NCBI GenBank assembly: GCA_039588295.1
Contig: JBDHAB010000007.1
Span: forward strand, 162,307 to 226,306
From: Gemmatimonadota bacterium
Lineage (GTDB): Bacteria > Gemmatimonadota > Gemmatimonadetes > Gemmatimonadales > GWC2-71-9
DNA length: 64,000 nt
Direction: 5' to 3'
Positions 18,655 through 27,984 of the stretch are shown in pieces. The position numbers and the translations under genes were made by a program. Under the pieces are notes generated by a model that saw only the letters and a list, made by a program, of their open reading frames with translations, made no database searches and was not told the DNA's origin. Each line of letters begins with the position of its first letter. Position 1 is the stretch's first letter.

Positions 18655-19907
18655 GCGCCCAGAAGGCCTACGCGGAGATATACCGGCGAAGTGCGAACGC
18701 GCCGACGGGTGGCCTGCTCGCCCTGGGGGCGATCCTGGCTGTTCTCGGTCTCGGAACGTTCGTGATGTTGGCGTTGGGGGACGATCCTGGCCGTGCGTGG
18801 CGGATGTTCCTCATCAACTTCCTGTTCTTCATCGGGATTGCCCAGGGCGCGGTCGTGTTCGCTGCCACACAGAAGATCACCAAAGGCAGGTGGGCTGGAC
18901 CGATCATTCGGTTCGCCGAGGCCGCGGTGCTGTTCCTGCCGGTCGCCCTGGTGTGCTTCCTGGTCGTCTTTCTGGGACGCGAGCACCTGTTTCCGTGGAT
19001 TGAGCACCCCACGCCAATCCGGGGCAAGTGGCTCACGGTGTCATGGGTGTTCTGGCGGAATCTCATTGCGCTGCTGGTGCTCACCGGAGTGACCGTCGCG
19101 TTCGTGTACCACGACCTCAAGCCCGATGTGGCGGCGCTGAAAGAGCACGTGTCGGGCTGGCGACGACGCTTGTATGAGCGCATCGCAGGAGACTACGTCG
19201 GAACGCCGGAGCAGCTGACCCAGATTGAGCGACGACTGAATTGGCTGGCGCCCGTGGTGTGCATCGCGTATGCCTACGTCTTCACGCTCCTCGCGTTCGA
19301 CCTCATCATGTCGTTGGCCCCCTATTGGCTGAGCAACCTGTTTGGCGCGTTCTTCTTCATGGGTGCGCTGCTCACTGGGCTCACCATGCTTGGCTTGATG
19401 ACCATGTTCTGGCGACGACGCCTCGGTATGACCGAGGTCATTGGCCGAGAGCAGTTCCACGACCTGGGCAAGCTCGTGTTCGGGTTCTCGGTCTTTTGGG
19501 CCTACCTGATGTTCAGCCAGCTGCTCGTGATCTGGTACGGAAACCTGCGGGAGGAGACCTCGTTCGTGTTCTACCGGCTGTGGGGAGACTGGCAGCCGAT
19601 CGCGATCCTGGTCGGACTCATGGTGTTCTTGATTCCGTTTTGGGGTCTCATCTGGGTCAAGTCCAAGATCACCCCGGTGACGTTTACACTGTTCGTCAGC
19701 ATCAGCCTCGCCGGTGTCTGGCTCGAGCGGTACCTCCTCGTCCAGCCGTCACTCACGGAGCATGGCCCCACGATCGGGTTGCCGGAAATCGCGATCTCGC
19801 TGGGGTTTGTCGGTCTCTTCCTCCTGGCGTACGGATTCTTCGCCCACGCGTTTCCAATGGTGAGTCCTCGGCTCCTCGCCAAGGCCGAAGCCACGGGCCA
19901 CCACTGA
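18651..19907 (+). CDS. actF: Alternative complex III membrane subunit F
   Basis: DLIMSLAPYWLSNLFG, FHDLGKLVFGFSVFWAYLMFSQLLVIWYGNL; about 10 TM; GTGA overlap. Confidence 0.92.
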   Translation: MSAQKAYAEIYRRSANAPTGGLLALGAILAVLGLGTFVMLALGDDPGRAWRMFLINFLFFIGIAQGAVVFAATQKITKGRWAGPIIRFAEAAVLFLPVALVCFLVVFLGREHLFPWIEHPTPIRGKWLTVSWVFWRNLIALLVLTGVTVAFVYHDLKPDVAALKEHVSGWRRRLYERIAGDYVGTPEQLTQIERRLNWLAPVVCIAYAYVFTLLAFDLIMSLAPYWLSNLFGAFFFMGALLTGLTMLGLMTMFWRRRLGMTEVIGREQFHDLGKLVFGFSVFWAYLMFSQLLVIWYGNLREETSFVFYRLWGDWQPIAILVGLMVFLIPFWGLIWVKSKITPVTFTLFVSISLAGVWLERYLLVQPSLTEHGPTIGLPEIAISLGFVGLFLLAYGFFAHAFPMVSPRLLAKAEATGHH

Positions 19908-19932
19908 GCGGGCGGGAGCGCGCAGCGGGCAT

Positions 19933-19957
19933 GGGGGGTCTTCCGGGACCCCTCTTT
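19933..19957 (+). terminator. Probable intrinsic terminator of the act operon
   Basis: GGGGTC-ttccgg-GACCCC stem followed by TCTTT, about 25 nt after the actF stop. Confidence 0.5.
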
Positions 19958-20108
19958 CATGCGGTTGCGCGCCGGACCTCTTCATTTGTGCGTAGGCCGC
20001 TGGCTACATTGCGCTGATCGCTGTGGGATCGTACAGCGTCGGAACTGGTGACTGACTGGGGGCTGTCTTGCGTGACCGGCGAACGGTGAACCCAGTACAG
20101 CACGACGC

Positions 20109-21146
20109 GTGGGCGTCATGAAAGAACGCGGTGCCGTGTGGCGAGCGGCCCAGATGCTCGCGACGGCGGGCGGTGACGCCGCGGTGGCCACCGTATCCCG
20201 GCAGCGGGGCTCCCTGCCGATGGCGCGGGATGCGAAGCTGGTCGTCGCTGCGGACGGTCGGCGTTGGGGTACCATCGGTGGTGGCTGCACCGAGGCGGAA
20301 GTCACGGAGCAGGCCCTGGACACGGCGCGTCAGGCACAGCCGGTCGTGGTGCAGCACACGCTGAATGCCGACGTGGCGGGGGACGTTGGTCTGTCGTGCG
20401 GTGGAACCGTGGAGCTGGTGTTGGAGCCCGTCGTGCGATCCGACGACATGGCGCGGCTCTATGGTGCAATCGCCGACGCGGTGGAGCAACGGATACCGGC
20501 GATGGTGTGTACCGCGCTCGACTGGAGCACGGGCCCCTCCAAGAGCGCCCGCGTTGGCGACACACTCGTCCAGGCCGGCGTTCCGCTGCCGCCGGGTGGC
20601 GACAGCGTTACGACCAGGGAGCAGACGGCCTATATCGACCGCGCGCAGGGTCTGCTCGTCGAGCCCGTGCCGCGTCTCCCACGTGTCATCATCTTCGGCG
20701 CGGGCCACGTAGGGGCGGAGATTGCCAAGGTGGCGGCCGGGGCGGGCTTCTACGTCGTCGTCACGGACGATCGGGCGGAATTCGCGAATGAACAGCGGGT
20801 GCCGGCCGCCGACGAGGTGTGCGTCGAGGACTTCCGTGTGTTCCTGGACCGAAGTGTTCTGGATGAGGACGACTACGTGTTGGCCACGACCCGCGGTCAC
20901 AGCTTCGATGCCTACATCATCGAGCGAACCGCTGGCACCAGGGCCCGCTACGTAGGCATGCTGGGCAGTAGACGCAAGAAAGAGGTGATCTTTCGCGCGC
21001 TCGAGGAAGCTGGTGTGCCGCGCGACGCACTCGAACGGGTTCGCGTGCCGATCGGTGAACCGATCGGTGCGGACACGCCCGCGGAGATCGCCGTCTCCGT
21101 CGTGGCAGAACTGATCCGGATACGACGGCTAGGGGATTCGGCGTAG
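20109..21146 (+). CDS. xdhC: XdhC/CoxI family molybdenum cofactor insertion chaperone
   Basis: GTIGGGCTE, GLSCGG, IFGAGHVG, DDRAEFAN, YVGMLGSRRK, IGADTPAEIAVSVVAE. Confidence 0.92.
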   Translation: MGVMKERGAVWRAAQMLATAGGDAAVATVSRQRGSLPMARDAKLVVAADGRRWGTIGGGCTEAEVTEQALDTARQAQPVVVQHTLNADVAGDVGLSCGGTVELVLEPVVRSDDMARLYGAIADAVEQRIPAMVCTALDWSTGPSKSARVGDTLVQAGVPLPPGGDSVTTREQTAYIDRAQGLLVEPVPRLPRVIIFGAGHVGAEIAKVAAGAGFYVVVTDDRAEFANEQRVPAADEVCVEDFRVFLDRSVLDEDDYVLATTRGHSFDAYIIERTAGTRARYVGMLGSRRKKEVIFRALEEAGVPRDALERVRVPIGEPIGADTPAEIAVSVVAELIRIRRLGDSA

Positions 21147-22322
21147 CAGCGCCTGCAACGAGTCCGCCAGGGTGCGAGCGCGGAGGATCAGCAGATACCC
21201 ATCCCTCGCTTCGGCAACCATCTGCCGAACGGGCGGGGTATCGCGGTCGCCGACCTGCTGCCGGTAATCCCCGAGTTCCGCGACGCTCGGCACGCCCTCC
21301 TCCTGCCGCCACTGTACGATCTCGAGCGTGTCGCCGGACGGCAGGGTCTGCTCGGTGCGCACCGCTTCCGTGCCCGCGACGGTGCCGAGTGAAATGCGGA
21401 GCACCGCCAGGTCGTCGACCAGTGCGAGTCGCCCGCCAAGATGGCGTTCGGCCTCTTCGCGGCCCGCGTCCTGCCACGTGACACCCGCGAACGACTGCTG
21501 CAACTGACGGAGCGCCGCCACGCGCTGTTGCTCTTGGAGGGCCTCGCCGACGTCCACCCGCGCACGCCGCTCGAGCGCGTCGAGTTCTCGCGGCGCGACG
21601 GCGGCCGAGTCCGCAGCAATCTGGACGACTCCACTCACTTCGTTGGCGATCGCGGGTTCGGCGGCGGCAGGTGGAGCTTGGGCCGGAATGTTCGGCCGCT
21701 CCACCTCGGCCGGGGCGAGTCGCCCGGCCATGGGGTCCTGCGCCTTCGCTTCCGGTGACGGCTCCGCTGCCGCCACACTCCGCCGAGCTTCCCGTGCGCC
21801 CCGCCCCTCGGGGCCGGGGACGGTCGCCGGCGTGTCTTCGGCGGCGATCTCCGAGCGAGCCGCGACGCCGCCGGCGATGCGGTTGGCCTCCTCGGCCTCC
21901 AGCGCTACCGTGGCAGCGGGCTGACTCGGTGTCACCGGCTGGCGCTCCCCGAACGAGAGCGAGCCTCGAGCGATCCATCCGACGCCGACGGCCAGCACGA
22001 CGGTCGCCGCCCAGCCCACGGCGGTGAGACGGTTCACGGTGAGCACTCGGCGCCGGGTTTGCTGCGCGCTCGATCGGGCGACGAGTGCTTCGAAGGGCGG
22101 GTGGTCGATCTGCGCCGGACCGGATCCGTGCAGCACCGCCGCCGCCTGCCGGCGCAACTGGCGGACCTCGTCGAGCCGACGGCGGCATGCCTCGCATGCG
22201 GCGAGATGAGCCTCGACCTGCTGCCATTGAGGGCCGTCGGCCGTCGCAGGTGCCTCAGCACGGGTCGGCCGCTCGAGGCGGTCGAGGTACTCGTGCAGCT
22301 GGCCTTCATCCACGTGCGACAT
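21129..22322 (-). CDS. Zinc-binding (zf-HC2) transmembrane anti-sigma factor
   Basis: H...LHEYLD...HLAACEAC, one TM (WAATVVLAVGVGW), low-complexity extracytoplasmic tail; overlaps the ECF gene. Confidence 0.85.
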   Translation of the reverse strand: MSHVDEGQLHEYLDRLERPTRAEAPATADGPQWQQVEAHLAACEACRRRLDEVRQLRRQAAAVLHGSGPAQIDHPPFEALVARSSAQQTRRRVLTVNRLTAVGWAATVVLAVGVGWIARGSLSFGERQPVTPSQPAATVALEAEEANRIAGGVAARSEIAAEDTPATVPGPEGRGAREARRSVAAAEPSPEAKAQDPMAGRLAPAEVERPNIPAQAPPAAAEPAIANEVSGVVQIAADSAAVAPRELDALERRARVDVGEALQEQQRVAALRQLQQSFAGVTWQDAGREEAERHLGGRLALVDDLAVLRISLGTVAGTEAVRTEQTLPSGDTLEIVQWRQEEGVPSVAELGDYRQQVGDRDTPPVRQMVAEARDGYLLILRARTLADSLQALLRRIP

Positions 22323-22809
22323 CTCTCGCCTCCATCGAATCATGCGCCGCCACGAGGCGACGTCGAGCGCGCGCCAGGGTCGTACCGATCCCGCCTACGG
22401 CAAGCCCGGTCTGCTCGGCGATCTCTTCGTAGTTCAGTCCGGCATCCCACAGCAGGAGTACCTCGCGGTCGCGGTCACTCAACTGTGCCAACGCTCGTTG
22501 CACCGCCTCCATGCGCTGCTCGTGTTCCAACGCCGTGGCGGGATCGTCGACCACGCACTCGGCGGCCTCGACCTTGATCAGGGTGAGATGCTTCCGACGA
22601 CGGATGGCCGCCCGAGCCTCGTCCCGTGCGAGGTTGCCGGCCACGGTGAAGAGCCACGCGCGTGGGTTCTCGGGCTCATGATCTAGAGCGCGCACGAACG
22701 CCTCCTGTGCCAGGTCTTGGGCCCGGTCCGCATCCCACACCTTACGGTGAAGGAAGCGGACCAGGTCCTCGTACGTCTCTCCGTACACTGCTGCCCAGTC
22801 GACGCTCAC
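22306..22809 (-). CDS. ECF RNA polymerase sigma factor
   Basis: AQDLAQEAF, AWLFTVAGNL (region 2); LSDRDREVLLL..GLNYEEIAE (region 4). Confidence 0.93.
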   Translation of the reverse strand: MSVDWAAVYGETYEDLVRFLHRKVWDADRAQDLAQEAFVRALDHEPENPRAWLFTVAGNLARDEARAAIRRRKHLTLIKVEAAECVVDDPATALEHEQRMEAVQRALAQLSDRDREVLLLWDAGLNYEEIAEQTGLAVGGIGTTLARARRRLVAAHDSMEARDVARG

Positions 22810-22819
22810 AGAGTGCAGT

Positions 22820-25033
22820 CTACCGAGTGCGGAACTCCCGCACTAGTCGCTGGAGACGGCGCGCACTGAGCGTTTCGACCCCGCCACTCGCCACCTCGAT
22901 GCTCACGCGTTCTCCCGCAACGATCACCCGCTCGAATTCACGCAGGTACGACTCCAGTTCGGGGAGTGCTCGCAGGACGCCGAAGTAGGCTTGGCTGAAG
23001 GGCTCGACCCGCACCGTCTGCGTCGTGTTCTTATGGTGCAAATCGACCCACACGCCGTCGGCCTCCTTGAAGAGGCGACCGGCCACGTGGCGGGTCTGTG
23101 CGACGTGCCCACGCAGCAGGAGCGCTTCGTTGGCTGCGTCGACCTCCATCTGGCTCTTGGCCTCGCGGCGTGATCGCGCCTGCTCGGCGGCGGCCACCGC
23201 CACCGCCCCGACCTGCGCACTCGGGCTCGCGAGGGCCGAGACGCCGCTGTCCCTGTTGCGACGGTCGCCCATTGGCACGTTCGCCATGTCGGTCGGTTCC
23301 TGCACGAGATACGACGTGTACTCACTCAGCAGCCCGTAGCGGAGTGCGGTGCGACGGATCTCGTCCATCAACTCGTCGTTCGGACCGTTCAACCGGATCT
23401 CGCGAGCCAGGACGCCGATCTTGCGCGATGCCCAGAGCCGCGGGATGTAGTCGTTTCCGAGTTCATGCTCGGGGAACGCGGCTGATGCGGAGTAAGATTC
23501 GCCGCGACCATTGCGCTGACCACCGACGACAACGTCGCCGCGATGGGTTCGTCGGGTTGGCCGGTAACGCCCGAACACGACCAACTCCTCCCCGGCAAAG
23601 AGATCGGGAAGCACGGACGGGTAGATCTCGAGGAGCGAGACGGGGGCATCGCGAATCTCGAGATCGGTTAGCACTGGGTGCTGGATCTTGGCCGCGAGCA
23701 GGCTCAGCGCTTGCTCCACGTCCTCTCCGGGTTCCACGTACTCGGTGGTACCGCGCCCCGCGGCGGAAAGCCGGTCCAGCAGGTAGGTATTCACGTCGTG
23801 TCCCACCCCGAAGGCGAAGACGCGCACGGTTCCACGGTGGGTTTCCGCCCACTCGGCAATCCGCTCTGGGTCGCGCTCACCCACCGACGGCAACCCGTCG
23901 GTGAGGAACATGACGATAGGCAACCGCCTCGCTGCGCTCTCGAGCCGGAACGCCTCTTCGAGGGCGCCGGCGATATTGGTGCCGCCATCGGCTTGCAGCC
24001 GGTCGATCCAGCGGCGCGCCCGTTGGAGTTGGTCACGCGTTGGGCGGGCCCAACCCTGGGACTGCGCAGCTACCGTATTGCTGAATGCCAGCAGACGGTA
24101 CCGATCCTGCGATCCGAGCGACCCGAGCAGTTGTCGCAGCGCGGACTTCGCTTGCTCGATCTTCATCCCTGACATGGAGCCGGATACGTCGACCACGACC
24201 GTCACGTCCCTGGGCTGCGACGACCCCTCAACGCGGCCGGGAGATAAGGTCAGCATGAAGTACCCGTCCTCACCCGCTGGTCGATGTGTCGCCACCGTGA
24301 TGCCCACGAGCGACTCGGCAAACGGAAGGAAGAGCGTGAAGTCGCCCGTCAATGTCCCCTCTGGCTGGACGACGAGGCGCCCGTCTTCCCGTGAAACGCG
24401 CACACGATGCGTTGGTGAAAACGGATCGCGGTAGGCCGACCCGTTGTCTGCAACGAGTCGAAAGGTCAGCGGGACGCTGCTGGACGGTCGGCGAATCGGC
24501 CTGTCCAACTGCTCGACCGGCCGATGGCTGTACCGCCCGCCGGCTGCGTAGCGGAACTGCAATGCGTCACCACTTCGCTCGAGCACCTGCGTGTACCGCA
24601 GGGTGATCTTCCGCGTCTCTCCGTGGTTAATGGGGAACACGCGGGCACGGATCAGCCCGTGGCCGGCCAGCTCGATCAGCGCCGGGTCCCGTTTGCGGCG
24701 AACGATCTCCTCGTAGATGGTCCGGGCACGGTCGGCGTCCATGGTCTCGCCGCGCAGCTCCTGGTCGCCCTGGAACAGCGAGAAGTTCGAGAACACCGCC
24801 TCTCCAGGGAGAGGATACAGGTAGTCGCCCTCGCCCAGCCCGCGGCCGTCGTTGCGGAACCATTCCTCAACCTCGACGCGGGCGATGCGGCCGGTGACCC
24901 GCACGGACACGGCGGTGCGGACCTTGACCACCCCGAAGCCGGGGTGTCCATCCGGCATCGGCTCGATCCATCCCTGTGCAGCGAGCGGGGACGCAACGAG
25001 ACTCGTAAGTAGTGCTGCGGTAATGGCTTTCAT
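22820..25033 (-). CDS. Secreted VIT and von Willebrand factor A domain protein (inter-alpha-trypsin-inhibitor-like)
   Basis: Signal peptide ending LAAQG; VIT motifs (YLYPLP, YEEIVRRKRDPALIE); MIDAS DVSGS, GGTN, LTDG. RBS GGAGG. Confidence 0.9.
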   Translation of the reverse strand: MKAITAALLTSLVASPLAAQGWIEPMPDGHPGFGVVKVRTAVSVRVTGRIARVEVEEWFRNDGRGLGEGDYLYPLPGEAVFSNFSLFQGDQELRGETMDADRARTIYEEIVRRKRDPALIELAGHGLIRARVFPINHGETRKITLRYTQVLERSGDALQFRYAAGGRYSHRPVEQLDRPIRRPSSSVPLTFRLVADNGSAYRDPFSPTHRVRVSREDGRLVVQPEGTLTGDFTLFLPFAESLVGITVATHRPAGEDGYFMLTLSPGRVEGSSQPRDVTVVVDVSGSMSGMKIEQAKSALRQLLGSLGSQDRYRLLAFSNTVAAQSQGWARPTRDQLQRARRWIDRLQADGGTNIAGALEEAFRLESAARRLPIVMFLTDGLPSVGERDPERIAEWAETHRGTVRVFAFGVGHDVNTYLLDRLSAAGRGTTEYVEPGEDVEQALSLLAAKIQHPVLTDLEIRDAPVSLLEIYPSVLPDLFAGEELVVFGRYRPTRRTHRGDVVVGGQRNGRGESYSASAAFPEHELGNDYIPRLWASRKIGVLAREIRLNGPNDELMDEIRRTALRYGLLSEYTSYLVQEPTDMANVPMGDRRNRDSGVSALASPSAQVGAVAVAAAEQARSRREAKSQMEVDAANEALLLRGHVAQTRHVAGRLFKEADGVWVDLHHKNTTQTVRVEPFSQAYFGVLRALPELESYLREFERVIVAGERVSIEVASGGVETLSARRLQRLVREFRTR

Positions 25034-25149
25034 GTCGTCCTCTCGGGTTCCTCCTACCCCGAGAGACGATCGAGTGGCGGGGACTTGCACATCCCGGTGA
25101 AGCGCTTCGGGACGCCACGCCGCGACCCATTCCTAGCGCAACGTCAGGA

Positions 25150-25953
25150 TTACAACAATGCGCACCCGGGGTGTCCCGTATCGTCCGGTCCCAGGTCCGG
25201 CCATTCCATGCAGATGGAGGGTTTTGCCAGGCGGCCGTTGGGCAGCAGGCGGTCGTGCAGCGCGCAGGTGATGCCGTCCAACTCCAAGTAACCGCAGGCG
25301 GAGATGACCTCACACTCCACCGTGTCGGCATCCGTGCGCTTCACCTTGCAGAGGTAGGGCGACTTCCGCGCGCGGAGCAGCAACTCCATGCGCTCATTCG
25401 GTTCGGGGATTGCCAGGTCGAGACTCAGATCGCGGCAGCACGCGGCGCCGTGCTTGTTGTCGGCCGTGCGGCACGGTGCGCCCACGCAGGGATTCGCGTC
25501 CTGCATCACCGGTAACGCACGCTTTGCCGCCCGCTTGAGTGGGAGCGTCAACGCCCGCTGCCGACCCTTGTAGAACACGATGGTCTTTTCCTCGCCGCGA
25601 CGGAATGGGAGCTGCCCGTTTCTGCTCGGAGGGCCAACCGGTCGCATGCGACCGCGGAACCTATGCACACCGCATCGAACTGGGGCGGCAACGCCCGGCT
25701 CGTTGCCATTGGTGCCCACCCCGGGGGTCGGCTCGAGATACTTGCACGGTACGTGAATCACCGCATCGACCATGAGGTCGTCACCCCGGACATACGGTCT
25801 TCCGGTCGAGATCCGCTCCTGGTGCCCGAGAATCCAGGTCGCGGCGGCATCCCGATAGGTCGGACTGTCGTCCTTGAGGTCCGCAATCTTCACGGTGACG
25901 GCCAGCTCCCGGCAATGTCTGCCGAGGCGCGTGCAGGGAGGTGGGGTGGGCAC
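25150..25953 (-). CDS. Cys-rich hypothetical protein with YkgJ/CxxCxxCC-like C-terminal cluster
   Basis: PCVGAPC..GAACCRD, ACGYL..CALHD..KPSIC..GC. Start uncertain. Confidence 0.65.
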   Translation of the reverse strand: MPTPPPCTRLGRHCRELAVTVKIADLKDDSPTYRDAAATWILGHQERISTGRPYVRGDDLMVDAVIHVPCKYLEPTPGVGTNGNEPGVAAPVRCGVHRFRGRMRPVGPPSRNGQLPFRRGEEKTIVFYKGRQRALTLPLKRAAKRALPVMQDANPCVGAPCRTADNKHGAACCRDLSLDLAIPEPNERMELLLRARKSPYLCKVKRTDADTVECEVISACGYLELDGITCALHDRLLPNGRLAKPSICMEWPDLGPDDTGHPGCALL

Positions 25954-25957
25954 CGCG

Positions 25958-26359
25958 TTAGGTTCGGCTTGAGAGGCAGGTGGCCGGCTCGGTACTCAGC
26001 GTCAGCCGGTTGCTGATGCCGCAATCCACGCGCGTCATCTCACCGGGCGTCACGTTGTGCAGCTCGGCCACGGCCGGCGGTAGCCCGCTGGTCCGGAAGC
26101 GAAGCGTGAGCGCCCCGCCTTGGAGGAGAATGGTCGACCTGAATTCCACTCGGAAATGACCTTGCGTGTCAGTGGCAACACACACCGTGTCCGCGCCGAA
26201 GGCGCAGACTTCAGCGTTGGGGAGTGGGCGCTGTTCCTCGACCACGTACACCTGACCTTCCAGTTTGACAGCAGGGGGACCCACGTAAATCGGGCCGCCG
26301 GGTACACAAGCGGCCGCCACCAGCGTAGGAAGCACCATGAGTCGAGCAGGGAATCGCAT
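25958..26359 (-). CDS. Hypothetical lipoprotein with carboxypeptidase-regulatory-like beta-sandwich
   Basis: Lipobox VAAAC; LEGQV...PLPNAEV...TDTQGHF pattern. Confidence 0.6.
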   Translation of the reverse strand: MRFPARLMVLPTLVAAACVPGGPIYVGPPAVKLEGQVYVVEEQRPLPNAEVCAFGADTVCVATDTQGHFRVEFRSTILLQGGALTLRFRTSGLPPAVAELHNVTPGEMTRVDCGISNRLTLSTEPATCLSSRT

Positions 26360-26544
26360 GGTGCCATCAAGTTCACCGATTGCAGTAAAAACGCAAGCCC
26401 GTAGCGTACGCACTACCGGCGGAAAGAGCCTCGCTTACATTTCGTGACCCTTTGACCTGATAGGGGTGTCGTGTCGAGCATGGTGCCGGGCGTCAGCTGT
26501 GATGATTCCATGTGCCGCTCGAGGCTACGAGGAGCGGTAACCGC

Positions 26545-27984
26545 GTGACGCGAGGAAACGCGCCGCGCGCCACGTTGATGATTGTCGATGGCGCGCGCGA
26601 GGATGTGTTCCGACACCTCGTCGACCGCGGTGATCTCCCACATCTCTCCCGACACGTGCTCGAGCCTGGAGGGATTGCTCCGGCCACGACTGTGTTTCCG
26701 TCGACGACCGGCGTCGCGTATCTCCCGTTTCTCACCGGGTGCTACCCCGGTACCTGCGATGTACCCGGAATTCGATGGATGGACGTGCGGCGGTATCGTG
26801 GGCATTGGTGGCGCGACCGGCAACACGTGCGGAGCTATTGCGGGCCCCAGGGTGACATGATCAACCACGATCTCGCGGACGGCATACAGACGCTCTTCGA
26901 CCTGGTTCCCGATTCAGTGGCCCTCTGCAGTCCGTTCACTCGGGGTCTCGGTCCGGGTCGGGAGCGGGTCAAGTTCGCGAGAGTACTCTGGGGTGGTCTT
27001 GCGCACTACACAGCCGGGTACGGAAGGTTAGAGCGTGCGGTTGGGGAAGCCCTGTGTCAGCTGGCACCCCAGCGACACCGATTCGTGTTCGCCGTGTTCC
27101 CCGGCGTGGACGGCGTCACCCACTTCTGGGATCCGTGGCATCCGAGCGTGGTGAGCGTGTATCGCGAATTCGATGCTTTCATCGGTGCGTACGCCGCGGC
27201 CGGCGGCTTCGAAGGAGAGCACTTGACGCTCATAGCGAGCGACCACGGGCTCTCTCGCGTAGATCGACACACGGATATCAGCCTCGCGCTCGAGGCGATC
27301 GGTGTGCGGACGCTGCGTCATCCACTCGTATGGCGGCGCCGTCCGACCGCCGCCGTTATGGTGTCGGGCAACGGCTCCGTCCAGGTGTATCTCCGTCCAG
27401 GAGCGTTGCGCGAGAGCCGCTACCGCCTCAGCAACATCGAGAGCGGTGCCGTGCCCGACATTCCTCGACACTTGGTGCGGTACCTCGCGTCGTTACCAGG
27501 AGTGGCGTTCGTGGTAGCGACTGAGGCAGACCAAGTCTGTGTGATCTCTCGCAACGGCCGTGCGCGGCTCGAGCCAGTCGGAAATGGTTGCATCCGCTAC
27601 GTTCCGCAGACCGCGGACGTACTCGCGTTGGGTGGTGAGTCGGTCTCGGCGGATCGCGAATGGCTGCAACGCACGTTGGAGACGCCGTACCCGGACGCAC
27701 CCGCCCAGCTCCTCCAGTTGTTCCGATCGGCTCGCACCGGGGACTTGGTCGTCATCGCCGAGCCCGGTGCTGACTTGCGGCTCGACTGGGAGATTCCGGA
27801 GCACCGCTCGGGTCACGGGAGCCTCACCGCCGACCACATGCGGTGTCTCGTTGCCGCAAACAAGCCACTGCAGGGCCCGGTTCGCACGGTGGACCTGTTT
27901 CCCTTGATCCTCGAGTATCTTGGCACCCAACCGCCGGCGGGAATCGATGGTGTGGCACCACGAGTCGGTGCCGGGGGTCACTAG
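26545..27984 (+). CDS. Alkaline phosphatase superfamily nucleotide pyrophosphatase/phosphodiesterase (NPP)
   Basis: IVDG, TVFPSTT (Thr nucleophile), D..TH, SDHG, HGSL. RBS GAGGAG. Confidence 0.85.
   Translation: MTRGNAPRATLMIVDGAREDVFRHLVDRGDLPHLSRHVLEPGGIAPATTVFPSTTGVAYLPFLTGCYPGTCDVPGIRWMDVRRYRGHWWRDRQHVRSYCGPQGDMINHDLADGIQTLFDLVPDSVALCSPFTRGLGPGRERVKFARVLWGGLAHYTAGYGRLERAVGEALCQLAPQRHRFVFAVFPGVDGVTHFWDPWHPSVVSVYREFDAFIGAYAAAGGFEGEHLTLIASDHGLSRVDRHTDISLALEAIGVRTLRHPLVWRRRPTAAVMVSGNGSVQVYLRPGALRESRYRLSNIESGAVPDIPRHLVRYLASLPGVAFVVATEADQVCVISRNGRARLEPVGNGCIRYVPQTADVLALGGESVSADREWLQRTLETPYPDAPAQLLQLFRSARTGDLVVIAEPGADLRLDWEIPEHRSGHGSLTADHMRCLVAANKPLQGPVRTVDLFPLILEYLGTQPPAGIDGVAPRVGAGGH

Noticed and set aside
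20109..21146. XdhC as a Mo-cofactor chaperone for ActB
   Set aside because: XdhC serves xanthine-oxidase-family enzymes rather than the DMSO-reductase family, and it is separated from actF by a hairpin and about 200 bp.
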